Part shown: positions 43,126 to 58,700 of the stretch, in pieces
Position numbering within the stretch: position 1 is the stretch's first letter
How the letters are laid out: the number at the start of each line of letters is the position of its first letter
Source of the DNA: the human T2T-CHM13v2.0 reference genome, Homo sapiens
DNA length: 64,000 nt
Reading direction: 5' to 3' (one strand)
Assembly (NCBI RefSeq): GCF_009914755.1
Contig: NC_060936.1
Made by a program: the position numbers and the translations under genes
Notes under the pieces: generated by a model
The model's database searches: none
Seen by the model: only the letters and a program-made list of their open reading frames with translations
What the model was told of the DNA's origin: nothing

Positions 43126-45527
43126 CACCATGTAGACTTTGGTATCTCTATTACTAATTCTTTTGTTCATTCTCTGTTATGGCTTCAAAAAGAGAAGAAA
43201 ATATTTTTCAATCTTTTAACCCCTAATTCTGACATTGACCACCCCCTTTCTCCACCCCGGGGGTGATCTTTTTCTGTCCACACTGTGCGACATCATTTAA
43301 ATATCCAACCACGCCACATCTTTTGAGTCCCAGACCTCTGATTGGTTGTCCTTGGTTTTCTCATTTTGTTCTTTTTTTATGTTCTGATTTGTTTCATGTG
43401 GCCTTCTCTAAGCTGGTAGAAATGGAACCACACCTGCATTAGTGTTTGCACGCCACAGCCCTGTATTTACGGAGTGATTGAGGAACCTCCCAGGAGGAAG
43501 CGGAGGCAAACTCCCATTTCCAGGCCCTGCTGCTATCCTCCTTCACAGAGCAAAGCCACTTTCTTCCTTTAGGAGGTGTCCATGGATGCCTGTGGGCCAT
43601 CATTTCACCCTTAAACACAACAGCCTCCTCATCAGTCATTCTAACACTGCTTCAGTTTTCCACCAACTTTCGCAACCTGAGCGTGTCAGCCAGGGCCTTA
43701 GGAGCCGGTTACTCAAAGGGACTGTGGACCTTGAAGCACAAACAAAATGCAACAAACAAAAATCTTCGACAGCTGATCTGAAGCAATATGCAGACAGCAG
43801 CACTTTGTTTAGATTTGTCCATGCCTATTTCTAATCTTAGCAGCACAGACTTTAAAGGTGATACATTCCCTGTGTCTACTAAGGGAAGGCCGTTCCTCTC
43901 ACTGTTTATTTTAAAACTATAACCTTTAAGCTTGGATATAGGGAAAAAGAAAGGAAAGTTTCCATAACTGGAATCGTGTATTTCTAATCTTAATCAGTAC
44001 TCCATTTAACCCTTGTAGGAATATTTGTGTGGGTACAAAGTCACATGTAAAAATACCTTGGTTTTGTGAAGCTTCAGCTTTAAAACACTGTGAGTCAGAA
44101 AAAGAGAAATCCTTTTCATTCATAATGCAGGAAGCTACCCATTGGGGAAATAAGTGCTTTTAAATATTTAGTATGATTTAATCATAGATTATACAATCTT
44201 CCTTTTTTGATCAAAAAATTGTCATTCACATTTATTCAGATATCAATCCCAATCTTACTTTAAAGAAGCTGAAGGCATAGAAATAGCTATTATGACACCA
44301 GTTATAAACAAGAAAGTTTGATCCATGAACACAGTTTTCAGGTATATGTGAGCTTTCATTTGAAAAAGGTTGATTCGGTTCTCTCCACATGCCATGGACT
44401 TGGCAAAGTTTTTTTTTTCCTAAATAGTATCTCATTTTTTTCTATCAACCTTAGAAAATAGTTATTAGCATCACCATTTTAAAAAAGAATTTTAAAAGTT
44501 ATAACCTCTAGGAAAGTTGTCCAAGGTCACAAGGCTAATAAGGATTGGATATGGGTTTTGTCACATAAGGTGCTATGCTATGCTAACAAATACCTAAAAT
44601 ATTGGTTTATCTTTGCTCACTTGCCAATTGTGTTAAAGCAGGGTCTTGATAAAATTCCAATAGCATTTCCTACTTCCCTTCTTTCTTTCAGTATTTATTT
44701 ATTTTTTTCCTTAAGTATCTACAAAATAGGGAACTCTTCAAAGTCAGGCTAAAATCATAACTTTACAAGATTCTTTTCTGCTTTTATTTCTCTTTTGGTG
44801 AGACCTACAATAAAAAGTTTTCTTTCAAGTTATTATTTTGCCTACTTTGAGGCAAAACATGATTCTTTTTTCTTAAAAATTTCATCACAAAATTCTGGGT
44901 AGCTGGGATTTAAATACTACTTGGCATAATGACTGATCACTTTTTAAAAGAGCCTCATCTGCTTTGTTAAATTAGTTCTGAATTCTGAAAGCCTGCTGTC
45001 ATTATACAGATAGAATCATTTTTGTAAAATGTACAATTGTTTGTTGCTTTTGTTCTCCTGATTTATTTACTGACTTAGTTTACCAATTATTTATAGTTAA
45101 TATTTTATGAGAGATTTTATTCTGAAACACAGCTTTCTTCTCTGGTCTTATTTCTAATGAACATTAATGATATAATATGTATGCCATTTTAAGCCTGTTT
45201 TCTCATCTAGTAAGGTGACATATTGACTTAGATGGTTTCATTTAAGAGCCCAGGAAAATCATAAGAGTTAACGAGTGTGTATTTTGCATCTTCCATTACC
45301 ATAGGTAAGGGACAGAGACACAGACATGCATAAGACACAATCCTGTATTTACTTTTTAATTGTAAATATGCTAACATTTTAGAGAGACAAATACACATCT
45401 AGACACATTATTATTAAGCTGTGTGGAAAGATCAATATCAGCCACAAAATTCAGTCAGGATAGAGATAAGGAAGGATCCGGGGTACACATCGGGAGGGAG
45501 ATGATTGATAAGAGAAAGGAAGGAAGC

Positions 45528-46106
45528 TGTGATGATTGAATATTAGGTGTCAACTTGATTGGATTGAAGGATGCCTGGATGGCTGGTAAAGTGCTGTTTC
45601 CTGGGTGTGTCTGGGAGGGTGCTGCCAGAGGAGACTGACATTTGAATCAGTGGACTGGGAGAGGAAACCCTCCCTCAACGTGAGTGGGCACGATCCATGC
45701 TGCACGCATGCTTCCAAGCAGGCGGAAGAAGGTGGGAGGACGTTGCTTGCTGGGTTTTCTGGCTTCCGTCTTTCTCCCGTGCTGGATGCTTCCTTCCACT
45801 CCTCCTGCTCTTGGACATCAGACTCCAGGTTCTTCAGCCTTGGTATTCTTGGACTTACACCAATGGTTTGCCGGGGGCTCTCGGGCCTTCCGCCACAGAC
45901 TGAAAACTGCACTGTTTGCTTCCTTGCTTTTGAGTGTTTTGTACTGGGACTGAGCCACTACTGGCTTCCTTCTTTCTGAGCCTACAGGCAACCTGTCATG
46001 GGACTTGGCCTTGTGATTGTGTTAGCCAATTCTCCCTAATAAGCTCCCTTTTTTATAAACATATATACTATTAGTTCTGTCCCTCTGGAGAACGCTGACT
46101 AATACA
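45528..46106 (+). mobile_element. MLT2B solo LTR
   Basis: tgtgatg...gtgtcaacttgattggattgaagg...ctgactaataca. Confidence 0.9.
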
Positions 46107-46649
46107 TAAATCCAGAGTTTCTAATCCCAGACACAATTAATAGAATGAGAAAGAAATAACGTTCTGTGTGAAACTACAAGTTTCCGGCACATAAAATATA
46201 ACGCAGTAACTGCAAATAAAGTTGTATAAATAGTATCAGTGGTTTTCACTTAATTAGCACTTACTAGGTTTCAGGGCTTTGGATTCATTCTATTTGCAAA
46301 GAAATTATACAATGAAGGTACAGTTATTACGTGCCCATTCAATTGAAGAAACAGGGATATAGGTAATTTCACATAGCTGTGAAATGTGCTAAATATTAGA
46401 ATACATCCAGCTAAATATTATCATCATATCCAAGCAGACTGACACTTGAGTTTCTCAACCTGACTGTTCATCGCTACCATATAAAAGAGTATATACGTGC
46501 TTCAGCGCCTTCCAGACCAACTAAGTCAGAAATCCTGGAAGTAGGACCTCAGCAACTGAAGGTTGCATTCTTAAGTCTTACATTGCCCTAACTATCTGTA
46601 TGGAGACCCTTGGCTAACATATTTAGACTCTGGGATGTTTTGTCAGAAT

Positions 46650-47230
46650 AGCAGGATACTCAACAAAGAGAGCGAAATGCACTGATTGATGTTTTGTAAG
46701 AGTATTGTGGCTGCACTATGGAGCTATGGGAGAATGAATGGCAATGAGACAATATTTGAGGCAAGTCAAAGTGTTGTGTGTTTATTCCTCCAGTTGAGGA
46801 AGAGTTGATTAAGGAGAAAAATGGGATAGTTTTGCTGACAGGGGAATAAATAGGATCAATTGGAGAAATGTTCTGGAGACTGGTAGGCGTGCCTTGATTG
46901 ACTGGCTTCGGAGTTGGAAAGACAAAAGGATGACTTCAGAACTCTCAGTGGGGTGGAAGGTGAATGGTGGGTTACACTTCTGTCCAAGACAAAGACACAT
47001 AAATAGAAGCAAATTCAGGAGGAAAGTGATGAGACCTTTGGAGTTTTTGTAAAGTTCGAGTCACCTACATATATTCAAATGGAGACGTCTAGGATGTATC
47101 TGGTAACATACATTTATGAAGAGGGATAAGTTAAGCCTGAGAGTAATTATTTGACACTCAACATTACAAAGATAAGGATTGTTTGGGATCACCAAAGGAA
47201 AGTAGACGGATTCAGAAGAACAGGGAGGAA
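46650..47230 (+). mobile_element. L2 relic
   Basis: Degenerate L2-like purine-rich sequence (aaggatgactt, ttcaaatggagacgtctag). Confidence 0.6.
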
Positions 47231-47626
47231 GTGAAGCATCTTTATCTGTGCCCTTGTGCCTCTTCCTCCATCAAGAGCCAGATTCCTATGGCACAAATTT
47301 AGTAACAAGAAGTTATGAGAAGTTTTGGGTACTCAATCTATTGTCTAATATCTATTAATCATAGACATCCTTGGCTAGTCTAGTTTTTTAAGGTCATTCA
47401 CTTTGTTAAATGAAATTTGTGGAATTATATTGAATGTTTAAAATTTTAAAATGGTTTTAAAATTTCGTCCTTTAAATATCTAAATATACTAAATTAAGTC
47501 AGGTAGAAATTATTGTGGTCTTCCTCTTTAAGCTCTAAAATGCCCATTTGAACATTTTTTTAAAACCCATAAAAGCTTTTCACAGTGGCAGTACCATAGC
47601 CAAGGAGGTTTATCTGAGGTGTAATT

Positions 47627-47778
47627 TTTTTTTATGCTTTAAGTTTTATACTTTTTTTTTATACTTTAAGTGCACAATGTGCAGGTTAGTTACATATGTA
47701 TACATGTGCCATGTTGGTGTGCTGCACCCATTAACTCGTCATTTAACATTAGGTATATCTCCTAATGCTATCCCTCCC
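47627..47778 (-). mobile_element. Very short L1PA 3' insertion
   Basis: L1PA 3' terminus; perfect 16-bp TSD tatctgaggtgtaatt at 47611 and 47779. Confidence 0.95.
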
Positions 47779-48226
47779 TATCTGAGGTGTAATTATTGCA
47801 TGAAAATTTTTCCCAGTACTCGGTCATGATGACTTGAAATAGAATCAACATTGGCAATCTTTGACAGTCTCTATGGAGACTGAACTTTAAAGAAAAAAAT
47901 GATAATAAAGTAATAAAACCCCACACAGGTACAATAAACACCACACATGTGCAAGGTGCATATTCAGAAAAGAATGAAGGAAAACCAGGAGAGTGCACTG
48001 CAATAGATCCTACTTTCAAGTAGAGACGATCAACAGCAGAGTCAATGCGAGACTAAACAGTGTCCATTTCATTTTCAACAAGGAGGATGTTTCTGTTCTT
48101 AGGGAGGGCAGCTTCAGGTGGCTAACGGGTGGGCATCGACGTCCTGGATGCTGCTGTCACCACAGTGACTCACACCAAGAGTACAGCGACAAATAGAAAC
48201 ACGGGGAACATAAAAACCTCAATCTG

Positions 48227-48529
48227 GGCCGGGTGTGGTGGCTCACGCCTGTAATCCCAGCACTTTGGGAGGCCAAGATGGGCGGATCACAAGGTCAGGA
48301 GATCGAGACCATCCTGGCTAACACGGTGAAACTCCGTCACTACTAAAAATACAAAAAATTAGCCGGGCGTGGTGGCGGGCGCCTGTAGTCCCAGCTACTC
48401 CGGAGGCTGAGGCAGGAGAATGGCGTGAACCTGGGAGGCGGAGCTTGCAGTGAGCCGAGATTGGGACACTGCTCCAGCCTGAGCGATAGACCGAGACTCC
48501 TTCTCAAAAAAAAAAAAAAAAAAAAAAAA
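48227..48529 (+). mobile_element. AluY
   Basis: gagatcgagaccatcctggctaacacgg and atggcgtgaacc diagnostics; CpG-rich. Confidence 0.96.
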
Positions 48530-49152
48530 GAGCTCAATCCTATATTCAGATCCTGCAAAAGAAGCGGCACAGCCAGGCAGGGAAGGTAGAAAAACCAGCC
48601 CATGATAGGAGAGACTCAAGTAGTAAAAACAATCTGAATATTATCAGTTTGGAAGCAATGTGAGTGGTTGCTAAAATTAGCTAATATGTGACTTGTATGT
48701 GAAGAGCATGGGTAGGAAGCTTACTTCATAGGAAGAGAATGGACTTAGTATCCCCCTAATAGAGAAACTCTAGAAAAATGTTGCATAGGCATATTTGGTG
48801 AAAACAGCCATGTTTCTTGTATCTCCAAATCCACAGCCAGCCAAAAATCTCTGCTCAACAAACAAATTTGCCTGGAATTGTAACTGCAATTTGTTGAACA
48901 TGATATAATTTTCTTAATGGGTCTTGAAATCCTACAATGATTTTATTAATTCTACATTTATTAATGTTAATTTATAAATCATCTAATTTTTATTTTTAAG
49001 AATATTTTTGTGTTATGTTTAGGAATGAGTTGATAGTAGTGGGATTGTGAAGTGCAATAATTAAGGTAATTTCACATATCACATGACAGGCTTGTCTTTC
49101 AATGCCAAATAAACTGGGAATTAAAAAAAAAATTTTAGAATGTGTGCTTTTT

Positions 49153-49462
49153 GGCTGGGCGCGGTGGCTCAAGCCTGTAATCCCAGCACTTTGGGAGGCC
49201 GAGGCGGGCAGATCACGAGGTCAGGAGATCGAGACCATCCTGGCTAACAGGGTGAAACCCGTCTCTACTAAAAAAATACAAAAACATTAGCAGGGAGTGG
49301 TAGCGGGCGCCTGTAGTCCCAGCTACTCGGGAGGCTGAGGCAGGAGAATGGCGTGAACCCGGGAGGCGGAGTTGCAGTGAGCCGAGATTGCGCCACTGCA
49401 CTCCAGCCTGGGCGACAAAGCAAGATTCCGTCTCAAAAACAAAAACAACAACAACAACAAAA
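49153..49462 (+). mobile_element. AluY-like
   Basis: AluY diagnostics; TSD agaat(g/a)tgtgc. Confidence 0.96.
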
Positions 49463-49673
49463 GAATATGTGCCTTTTAATTTGAAAATATATGTTTAAAA
49501 ACCATTGAATTAGTTATGAGAAATTGAGGTTTCTATATTTAGGAGTTTAATATGCTCTATTAGCTGAGATTATCAAATTACTTGGGATAGTTTTCTAATA
49601 AGGCATGTGAACTGCTTAAGATGAGAGTTACATATATGAAATTTTAAAAAATGGTTAAAATATTTAAAGATAT

Positions 49674-49990
<317 letters not shown>

Positions 49991-50437
49991 TCAAATTATT
50001 TAAACCCTTCTTAACATTTTTATATAGAATGTGTATGTTTATCAATAGCTTTGTAAACAGAATAATAAGACTTTTAAGTCAAAATCAAATGTTTAAATAT
50101 AACTTAAATCCTGATTGCTTTAATTTAATGAAGTAATTTTAATGAACACACAGTCTCAAACAGTTTTTTCTGTGCAAAAAAACTACCCTTAAAATAACCC
50201 GAACCAACATTGACTGTAAAATTTATGAAGGGAAATGGACACAAACAAATCCTAATCCTGAGGTTGTTGGACGGGACTAGGTCATTGAGACAGCCCTCTC
50301 CTCAGTTGAAATGTCAGAAGTAATCAATGAAGGAGCTGAGACCATCAGGAGTGCTCTTAAAGGCACTGTCCCTGGTGGGAAGAAATAGAGAAGCACAAGA
50401 CCTCTACTGCAAAAACATCAGTTGTGTGCTAACGCCA

Positions 50438-50615
50438 CCAGTGTTTGCTCAAAGGAACAGGTTGCTAAATTTCTGAGTAAATTGTAAAGCATTAGCAGCA
50501 TAAAATGATCCATTGTGGGAGAATTTACACCAAAGAAATTGACAAACACCACAAATCAAGGCTGTTTTCCCACCCCTCTCAGACAGCTGGTGGATAAACA
50601 AGCATCCGTACATGG
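50438..50615. mobile_element. MER63A-like hAT MITE
   Basis: gtgggagaatttacaccaaagaaattgacaaac...aaatcaaggc. Confidence 0.65.
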
Positions 50616-50764
50616 CAGAATAGAGTTTTGTAAATTTTGAAGATGTACATCTATAATATATCACTTCATACTCTGTATTGATGCCATTCAAGAGTATACG
50701 CCAAATGCACTGGGAACAGACCTGTGCAGGGAAGGGTGCAATGGTGGTAGGGGTTGCCACACAG

Positions 50765-51101
50765 GGTGATGGGAAGTGTTTGGGTTATGAGGGCAGATCC
50801 CTCATGAATGCCTTGGTGCTGTCCTCCCAGTGGCGAGTCCCAGCTCTTTTGAGTCTGGATTAGTTATCATGGGAGTGAGCTAGTTCCCAGGAGAAAGAGT
50901 TGTTATAAAGCCAGGTGGCCTGCTTCACCTTTGACCCTCTTCTGTACCAAGTTGTGAGGCAGCAAGAAAGCCCTCACCAGAGCCAGGGCCATGCCCTTGA
51001 TTGACCCAGCCTGCAGAACCATGAGCTGAAAAAATGTACTTTTAAAATAAATTACAGAGTCTCAGGTATTCTTTTGTAGCAACCCAAAACAGACTAAGAC
51101 A
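50765..51101 (+). mobile_element. MST-type MaLR LTR, partial
   Basis: gagggcagatccctcatgaatg...ctcaggtattct...gactaagaca. Confidence 0.85.
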
Positions 51102-51952
51102 GTGATACAGCTGAGATTTGCACCCAGGGAATTGAACTCCCGAGTTCCTTCCTAATCAATGAGCTCTGCACACAATTACACACACATGCATATCAAGGCA
51201 CACATACAACAGCACAGCAATATACACTTCACTCTGCATTTGAGGTTTATGACATATAGTAATAAAACAAATACCTCTGAGCATAGAAGCTTCCATACCT
51301 CCCACCCTCTTATCCCATCTGTGAATCCCAAGTTCAGGGATATTAAATTGCTTTTGAAGCTGCATTTATCATCCAAATATAAGGAAAGCCTGCATCCTCA
51401 AGAGTAATAGTCAATTGTCACTGAGATTTGTGGAGCATGGATTTGCTATTTCTTTCCTATTAAAATTAAGCTGCTCCTGACAAGAAAGAGGCCCAGGAAG
51501 TGGGGAATTGTAACATGAGCATCTGAGAGTGAGATCTTGCCACACAAGCAGGTGTGGGCTGCTGCTTACTTCTTCAGCTCCAAATCTGGGATCAATGAAG
51601 CAACAATAAAACCCAGGAGACTGAAAACCATGTTGTTTCTTGGGTCCTGTGGTTCTTGGCCAGTCTACCTTCTCTCCACTTTTCACAGCCTTCTCATGTT
51701 GTTTATTTTTTTGTTGTTTAATAGATATGTCTAGGATTTTTAGTTGTACTTGTAGAGAAGAATAAAGTAAGTCCGTCCCACCTTTCCAAAAGTGGAAGCT
51801 CAGTGTTATTTATTAATTAATTTATTTATATCTATAATTGTATTTAAACCATCTCCAGCATAAGTTTGCCCAGAGAGCAAGTATAGGTAGAGAGAGAAGA
51901 GGCTAGTAAACCGAACCACGGAGCAACTTCCTTGTTTAGAACAGGTACCATT

Positions 51953-52252
51953 GGCTGGGCACAGTGGCTCACGCTTATAATCCCAGCACTTTGGGAGACT
52001 TGAGACAGGAGGATTGCTTAAGCTCAGGAGTTCCAGACCAGCCTGAGCAAAAGAGTGAGACCCTGTCTCTACTAAAAATATAAAAATTAGCTTGGCATGG
52101 TGGCATGCACCTGTGGTCCCAGCTACTCAGGAGGCTGAGGTGGAAGGATTGCTGAGCTGGGGAGGCTGCACTGAGCCATGATCATGCCACTGCACTCCAG
52201 GCTGGGTGACAGAGTCAGACCCTGTCTCAAAAAAAAAAAAAAAAAAAAAAAA
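51953..52252 (+). mobile_element. AluJ
   Basis: ggattgcttaagctcagg, ctgtggtcccag and gaccctgtctc diagnostics. Confidence 0.93.
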
Positions 52253-52344
52253 GTACCACTGTTACATGGTAACAATTTCTCTTTGAGGGGTATCAAAAGT
52301 GCTGGGCATCATCAGAAGCAAGATTTGTTGTTAACTGGTTGAGG

Positions 52345-52530
52345 GGGATTCTCCGTCTTTCTCCACTGAATAATCTCACCACGAGAAACTTAGTGCTTCT
52401 CTTTCTTGTTTTTTGGGGCAGTGTATCTGGCTGTAGTAGGAGTGCGGGGTTTCCCTAATGCTTCATCTTGTATAACCGAACAACATTACCAAGACAGTAT
52501 TTTTTATGCAGCAATCACAAGGAATTTCCC
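52345..52530. promoter_or_regulatory. Cluster of three NF-kB consensus sites (candidate enhancer)
   Basis: GGGATTCTCC at 52345, GGGGTTTCCC at 52446, GGAATTTCCC at 52521; motif evidence only. Confidence 0.4.
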
Positions 52531-53567
52531 AATAAAGCTTGCAGTAAATGACAGAGGAACTCTGCTCTACGATGACTCCAGAAGGAGGCTGCTTGTGGGT
52601 CAAGAACCCAGCTGTATTTTGAGCTGCAATCATTCCTTCCTTCCTTTATTCCAAAGACTAGCCAATGGCCGAGCTCCCAACAACCTGCACCACGGAGATC
52701 AGGATCTCGGAAGGGCAGGGAAGTGTGGGTGCAGCCATGAGTGAGTTGGGGCAGTACCGGGAGGAGAAGAGGCCTTCAGGTTCAGGGCGATCATTACATT
52801 CTGTAAGATCTGTGTTGTCAGGGAGAGCAGGCTCCAGCTACTCCACCTTTTTCATTTTAGTGATACAGAAACTGAGTCCCTGAGATGAACAATGAATTAA
52901 CCAAGGTAATGGAGTTTATTTTCTACAAAGAATTCAGAATGATTTTCAAAAACAATTCAGATCATGTTGCTCCTCTCCTCAAAGTCTTCCAATTGCTTCT
53001 TAACTCCGCCAGAAAAACATCCAAACACCCACAAGGCCCAACGTGAGCTGCACCTTCCTATCCTGCCTCCCTCCATCCACTTTCTCTGGCACTCTCTTCA
53101 TGCCAGCCATGAGCCTGTGTGCTCTGAGTGTAGCCAAGCTTGGCTGTGCTGCATGGTCCATGCACTTGCTTCTGCCTTTCGCTGGAAGGGAGGATTTGAC
53201 CAGATTTTCTTGCAATCGTCTTTTGTGTCAATTAGAAGTCAATTTAATCATCACTTTTTATGAAATGCCTTCTGTGAACCCTGAGTAAAACGAATAGCTT
53301 CATGACATTTTTATCTTCTTATCATGTTTTTCTTTTTCCTTTTTATTTTGTGTTTTTGTTTTGCTTTGCTTTGTGCTTTGGTTACGGATTTTTGTTTTTG
53401 TTTTTTCTTCTGCAGCTGGAATGGAAGCTTTTAAGAGTGGAACTGATGTCTATTAATTGCTGTTATTGGCATATATTGGCCAAATATGTGCACCATAAAT
53501 ATAGGTTGAATAAATATCATGAAGACATCAAAAGCTGAGGACCAATATTGTCCCACCCCCAGTTACT

Positions 53568-53748
53568 GGGTGAGAGTGGGAGAGCTAAAAGACCACAAAT
53601 TTGGTGCAGTGTATACTGCTCGGGCGATGGGTGCACCAAAATCTCACAAAATACCACTAAGGAACTTACTCATGCCACCAAACACCATTTGTTTGCCAAT
53701 AACCTATGAAAATAAAAAAAAAAATTAAAAAGGTTAAATAAAAAAAAT
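53568..53748 (+). mobile_element. L1PB 3' tip; probable inverted copy of 54282-54461
   Basis: Shares non-consensus tail aaaaaggtt(a/g)aataaaaaaaat. Confidence 0.85.
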
Positions 53749-54281
53749 TCACAGTACAGACTTTGCAGGAAGACAGGCATGAATTGGAATCCCAGTGATA
53801 CTCTAAGCAACTGTGAACTTGTTCCTATTTTTCTTTTCTTTTTAAAAAACAATTTGAAACATATGAAAAGTTATAATAGTGAAAAATACCCATGAGTAAT
53901 TTTCACCCAGATTACTTAAATGTTAACAGTTGACACCATTTGCCTTATCATTTTTTCTCTTTCTAATTTAGATACTCTCTGTATGTATTGTTTTTCCCTC
54001 TGAGTCATTTGAGAGTAAATTGCAGAAATTATGCTTCATTACCCCTAAATATCTCAATGTCTATTTTTATTTAAGAAGGAAATACACTTTCTTATATAGC
54101 CACACTATAACCATCAAAATAAGAAATTAACATTGATACAATATTTCTGTCTAATCAACAGACTCCGTTACAACTTTACCTCCAGTGCCTCCAGTGTGTT
54201 TTATAGCCAACACCAACAATTAAGCAAAATAAACAAGTCTCTCTTCCTTCTTTCTTTTCTTTTATTTTCGTTAAGCACAGG

Positions 54282-54826
54282 ATTTTTTTTATTCAACCTT
54301 TTTAAATCTTTTTATTTTCATAGGTTATTGGAGAACAAGTGGTGTTTGGTTACATGAGTAAGTTCTTTAGTGGTGATTTGTGAGATTTTGGTGCACCCAT
54401 CACCCGAGCAGTATACACTGCACCAAATTTGTGATCTTTTATCTCTCACCCCCTTCCCACCCTTTCCCCGTGAGTTCCCAAAGTCCACTGTGTCATTCTT
54501 ATGCCTTTGCATTCTCATAGCTTAGCTCCCACCATACGATGATTGGTTTTCCATTCCTGAGTTACTTCACTTAGAATGATAGCCTCCAATCCCATCCAGG
54601 TTGCTGAAAATGCCATTAATTCTTTCCTTTTTATGGCTGAGTAGTATTCCATTGTGTATATATATGTGTGTATATATATATGTGTGTGTGTGTGTGTATG
54701 TGTGTGTGTGTGTGTGTTTATATATATATATATATATATAAAAAACAGTTTCTTTACTCGTTGATTGATGGGCATTCGGGTTGGTTCCACATTTTTGCAA
54801 TTGTGAATTGTACTGCTATAAACATG
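54282..54826 (-). mobile_element. L1PB 3' fragment with internal (TG/TA)n
   Basis: L1PB 3'UTR in reverse complement. Confidence 0.92.
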
Positions 54827-54839
54827 CTCCTTTCTTTTC

Positions 54840-56365
<1,526 letters not shown>

Positions 56366-56368
56366 TGC

Positions 56369-56853
56369 TGTGTATCAGCCTCAATAATGACCAACAGAAA
56401 TATCAGGTCCTAATTCTGGGAATCTGCATATTATTCAATTTACAATATTACTCATTTTACCTTACATAGAAAATGGTCTTTGCAGATGTCACTAAGTTAA
56501 GGATCTTGACAGGGTGAGGCAACCCTGGATTATCTGGGTGGGCCTTGTATGAAATCGTAGTGTCCTTCAGTGTGAACTTAGAAGACAGACGAGAGAGAGA
56601 TTTGACATAGACAGAGGAGAGGGCGACCACAGAGGCACAGCGTAGAGCCAGGCAGCTGCAAATCAAGACATGCCAGCAGCCAACGGAAGCTGGAAGAGGC
56701 GAGAATCAAACTCCCCCCTAGAGCCTCTGGAGAGAACACAGCCCTGGCAGCATGTGATTCTGGCCTCTCCAGAACTGAGATAATACATTCCTTTTTGTTT
56801 TAAGCCACCAAGGTTGTGGTTATTTGTTACACCAGCCACAAGAAACTAATAAA
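56369..56853 (+). mobile_element. MLT1C/D solo LTR
   Basis: ctttgcagatgt...ctggattatctgggtgggcc...ttttaagccacc...gaaactaata. Confidence 0.85.
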
Positions 56854-57867
56854 CCCAATATGTAATCAATTCACCAAATGTGCAAGCTATCTCCTTGGCC
56901 CCAAACTGGTAAAAAAAAAAAAAAAACAAAAAACAAAAGACCCAGCGAAGCCAGCCAAGTTCTGTCAGCTCAGCTCAGCTCAGCCCCACTTCTTTTGGTG
57001 GTATAACAACTCCCCTTCTTCTTCCCTTATTTTTCCCTCACCACTAACCATAAGCAACAACCAATATTCTTCCAGGCAGGGTACAGAACGACTGACCCTC
57101 ACCATGTTCTTATCATCTCTATTTTACAGATGAGATATGGAGGCTCAAACAATTTCAGTAACTTACTAATGGTCACAGTGCCAGGAAATGAGAGAGATGA
57201 GAGTCAATCCAGTTCTGTCTTAATTCCAAGTCCAAACAGTAATCCAACAGGTCTACTGCCTTTAGGTAGACTTAGTCCTTTGAGAATTTGTTTTCTTTAG
57301 CATTCAAATACTAAGTGGGAATAATGATACCTCATAAGGGTCTGGAAATGATTCAATGAGATGATACTTAAAATGCATAGTACATTGCCTGGCATTTAAT
57401 GAACCCTCACAACTTGGAGTAGATGGTTCCCGTCCAGACACTGGTAGAGCTTCAGGAGACAGAGAGAATGAATATGTAACCACCTGGTAAATGGTTGGAA
57501 GCCTCATTCTCTTGTTTTTGCATCCTCCCATCCTGATTGAATCAGAGGGGCAAGGAGGAGGAACGGAACATGTTTGCTACTTAGCCTGCTCTCTGAGCCA
57601 TAAAATTCCTCAAATATCAGACCCCAGACCTTTTCCCCAGTAACGAGGTGATAAATGCACAGAGAGACACTGATGGAACAGAGAAGAGAAAATGTTCCCC
57701 AGGACACTTTACATCTGAAAGTGTTCCACGTGCACCACTGTGGAATAAGATCTTACAAATCCTGTCAAAATTCTGTGTCAAGCTTAACTGAATTGTTTTT
57801 ATTTTGTGGGGAGAGGGAGATTGGGAGAATTACTAAAATTAATTGTTTTTAAAATGTAAAAAGAGGT

Positions 57868-58700
57868 TTATTTGCAAACTATGCATCTGACAATGAACTA
57901 ACATCCAGAATCTACAAGGAACTCGATCAAATCAGCAAGAAAGAAAAATCCCATTAAAAACTGGACAAATGGCGTGAATAGACATTTCTCAAAATAAGGT
58001 ATACAAATGGCCAAAAGATATGAAAAAAAATGCTCCACATCACGAATCATCAGGAAAATGCAAATTAAAATCACAGTGAGATATCACCTTACCCCAGCCA
58101 GAATGGCCATGATTAAAAAGTCAAATAACAATAGATGTTGGCACAAATGTGGTTAAAAGGAAATGCTTGTACACTGCTGGTGGGAATGTAAATTAGTACA
58201 ACCTGTATGAAAAACAGTTTATGAAGACTTATCAGAAAACTAAAAGTAGATCACCCATTTGATCCAGCAATTCCACTACCAGGTATCTACCCAAAGGAAA
58301 ATAAGTCATTGTATAAAAAAGACACCTGCATGTGTGTTTGTATCAGCACAATTCACAATTTCAAAGATATGGAATCAAATAAGTGTCCAGCTGATAACTA
58401 AATAAAATAAATGTGGCATATATATGCCATGGGATACTACTCAGCCATAAAAAAGAACAAAATAATGTACTTTGCAGCAACTTGGATGGATGGAGCTGGA
58501 GGCAATTATTCTAAGTGAAGTAACTCAGGAATGGAAAACCAAATACCACATGTTCTCGCCCATAAGTGGAGCTAAGCAATGGGTAAGCTAAGGGATATAG
58601 AGTGGGATAATGAACATTAGAGACTCTGAAGGAGGAAGGGTGGGAGGCAAATGAGGAATTAAAAAGGACCTATGGGGTAAAATGTACATCATTCTGCTAA
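57868..58700 (+). mobile_element. L1PB/L1MA 3' fragment
   Basis: tatttgcaaactatgcatctgacaa...gaagtaactcaggaatggaaaacc. Confidence 0.92.

Noticed and set aside
42714-43266. Long K/E/R-rich and F/L/S-rich ORFs (also 7702-8095, 41101-41678, 61892-62304)
   Set aside because: Stop-free by-products of simple repeats
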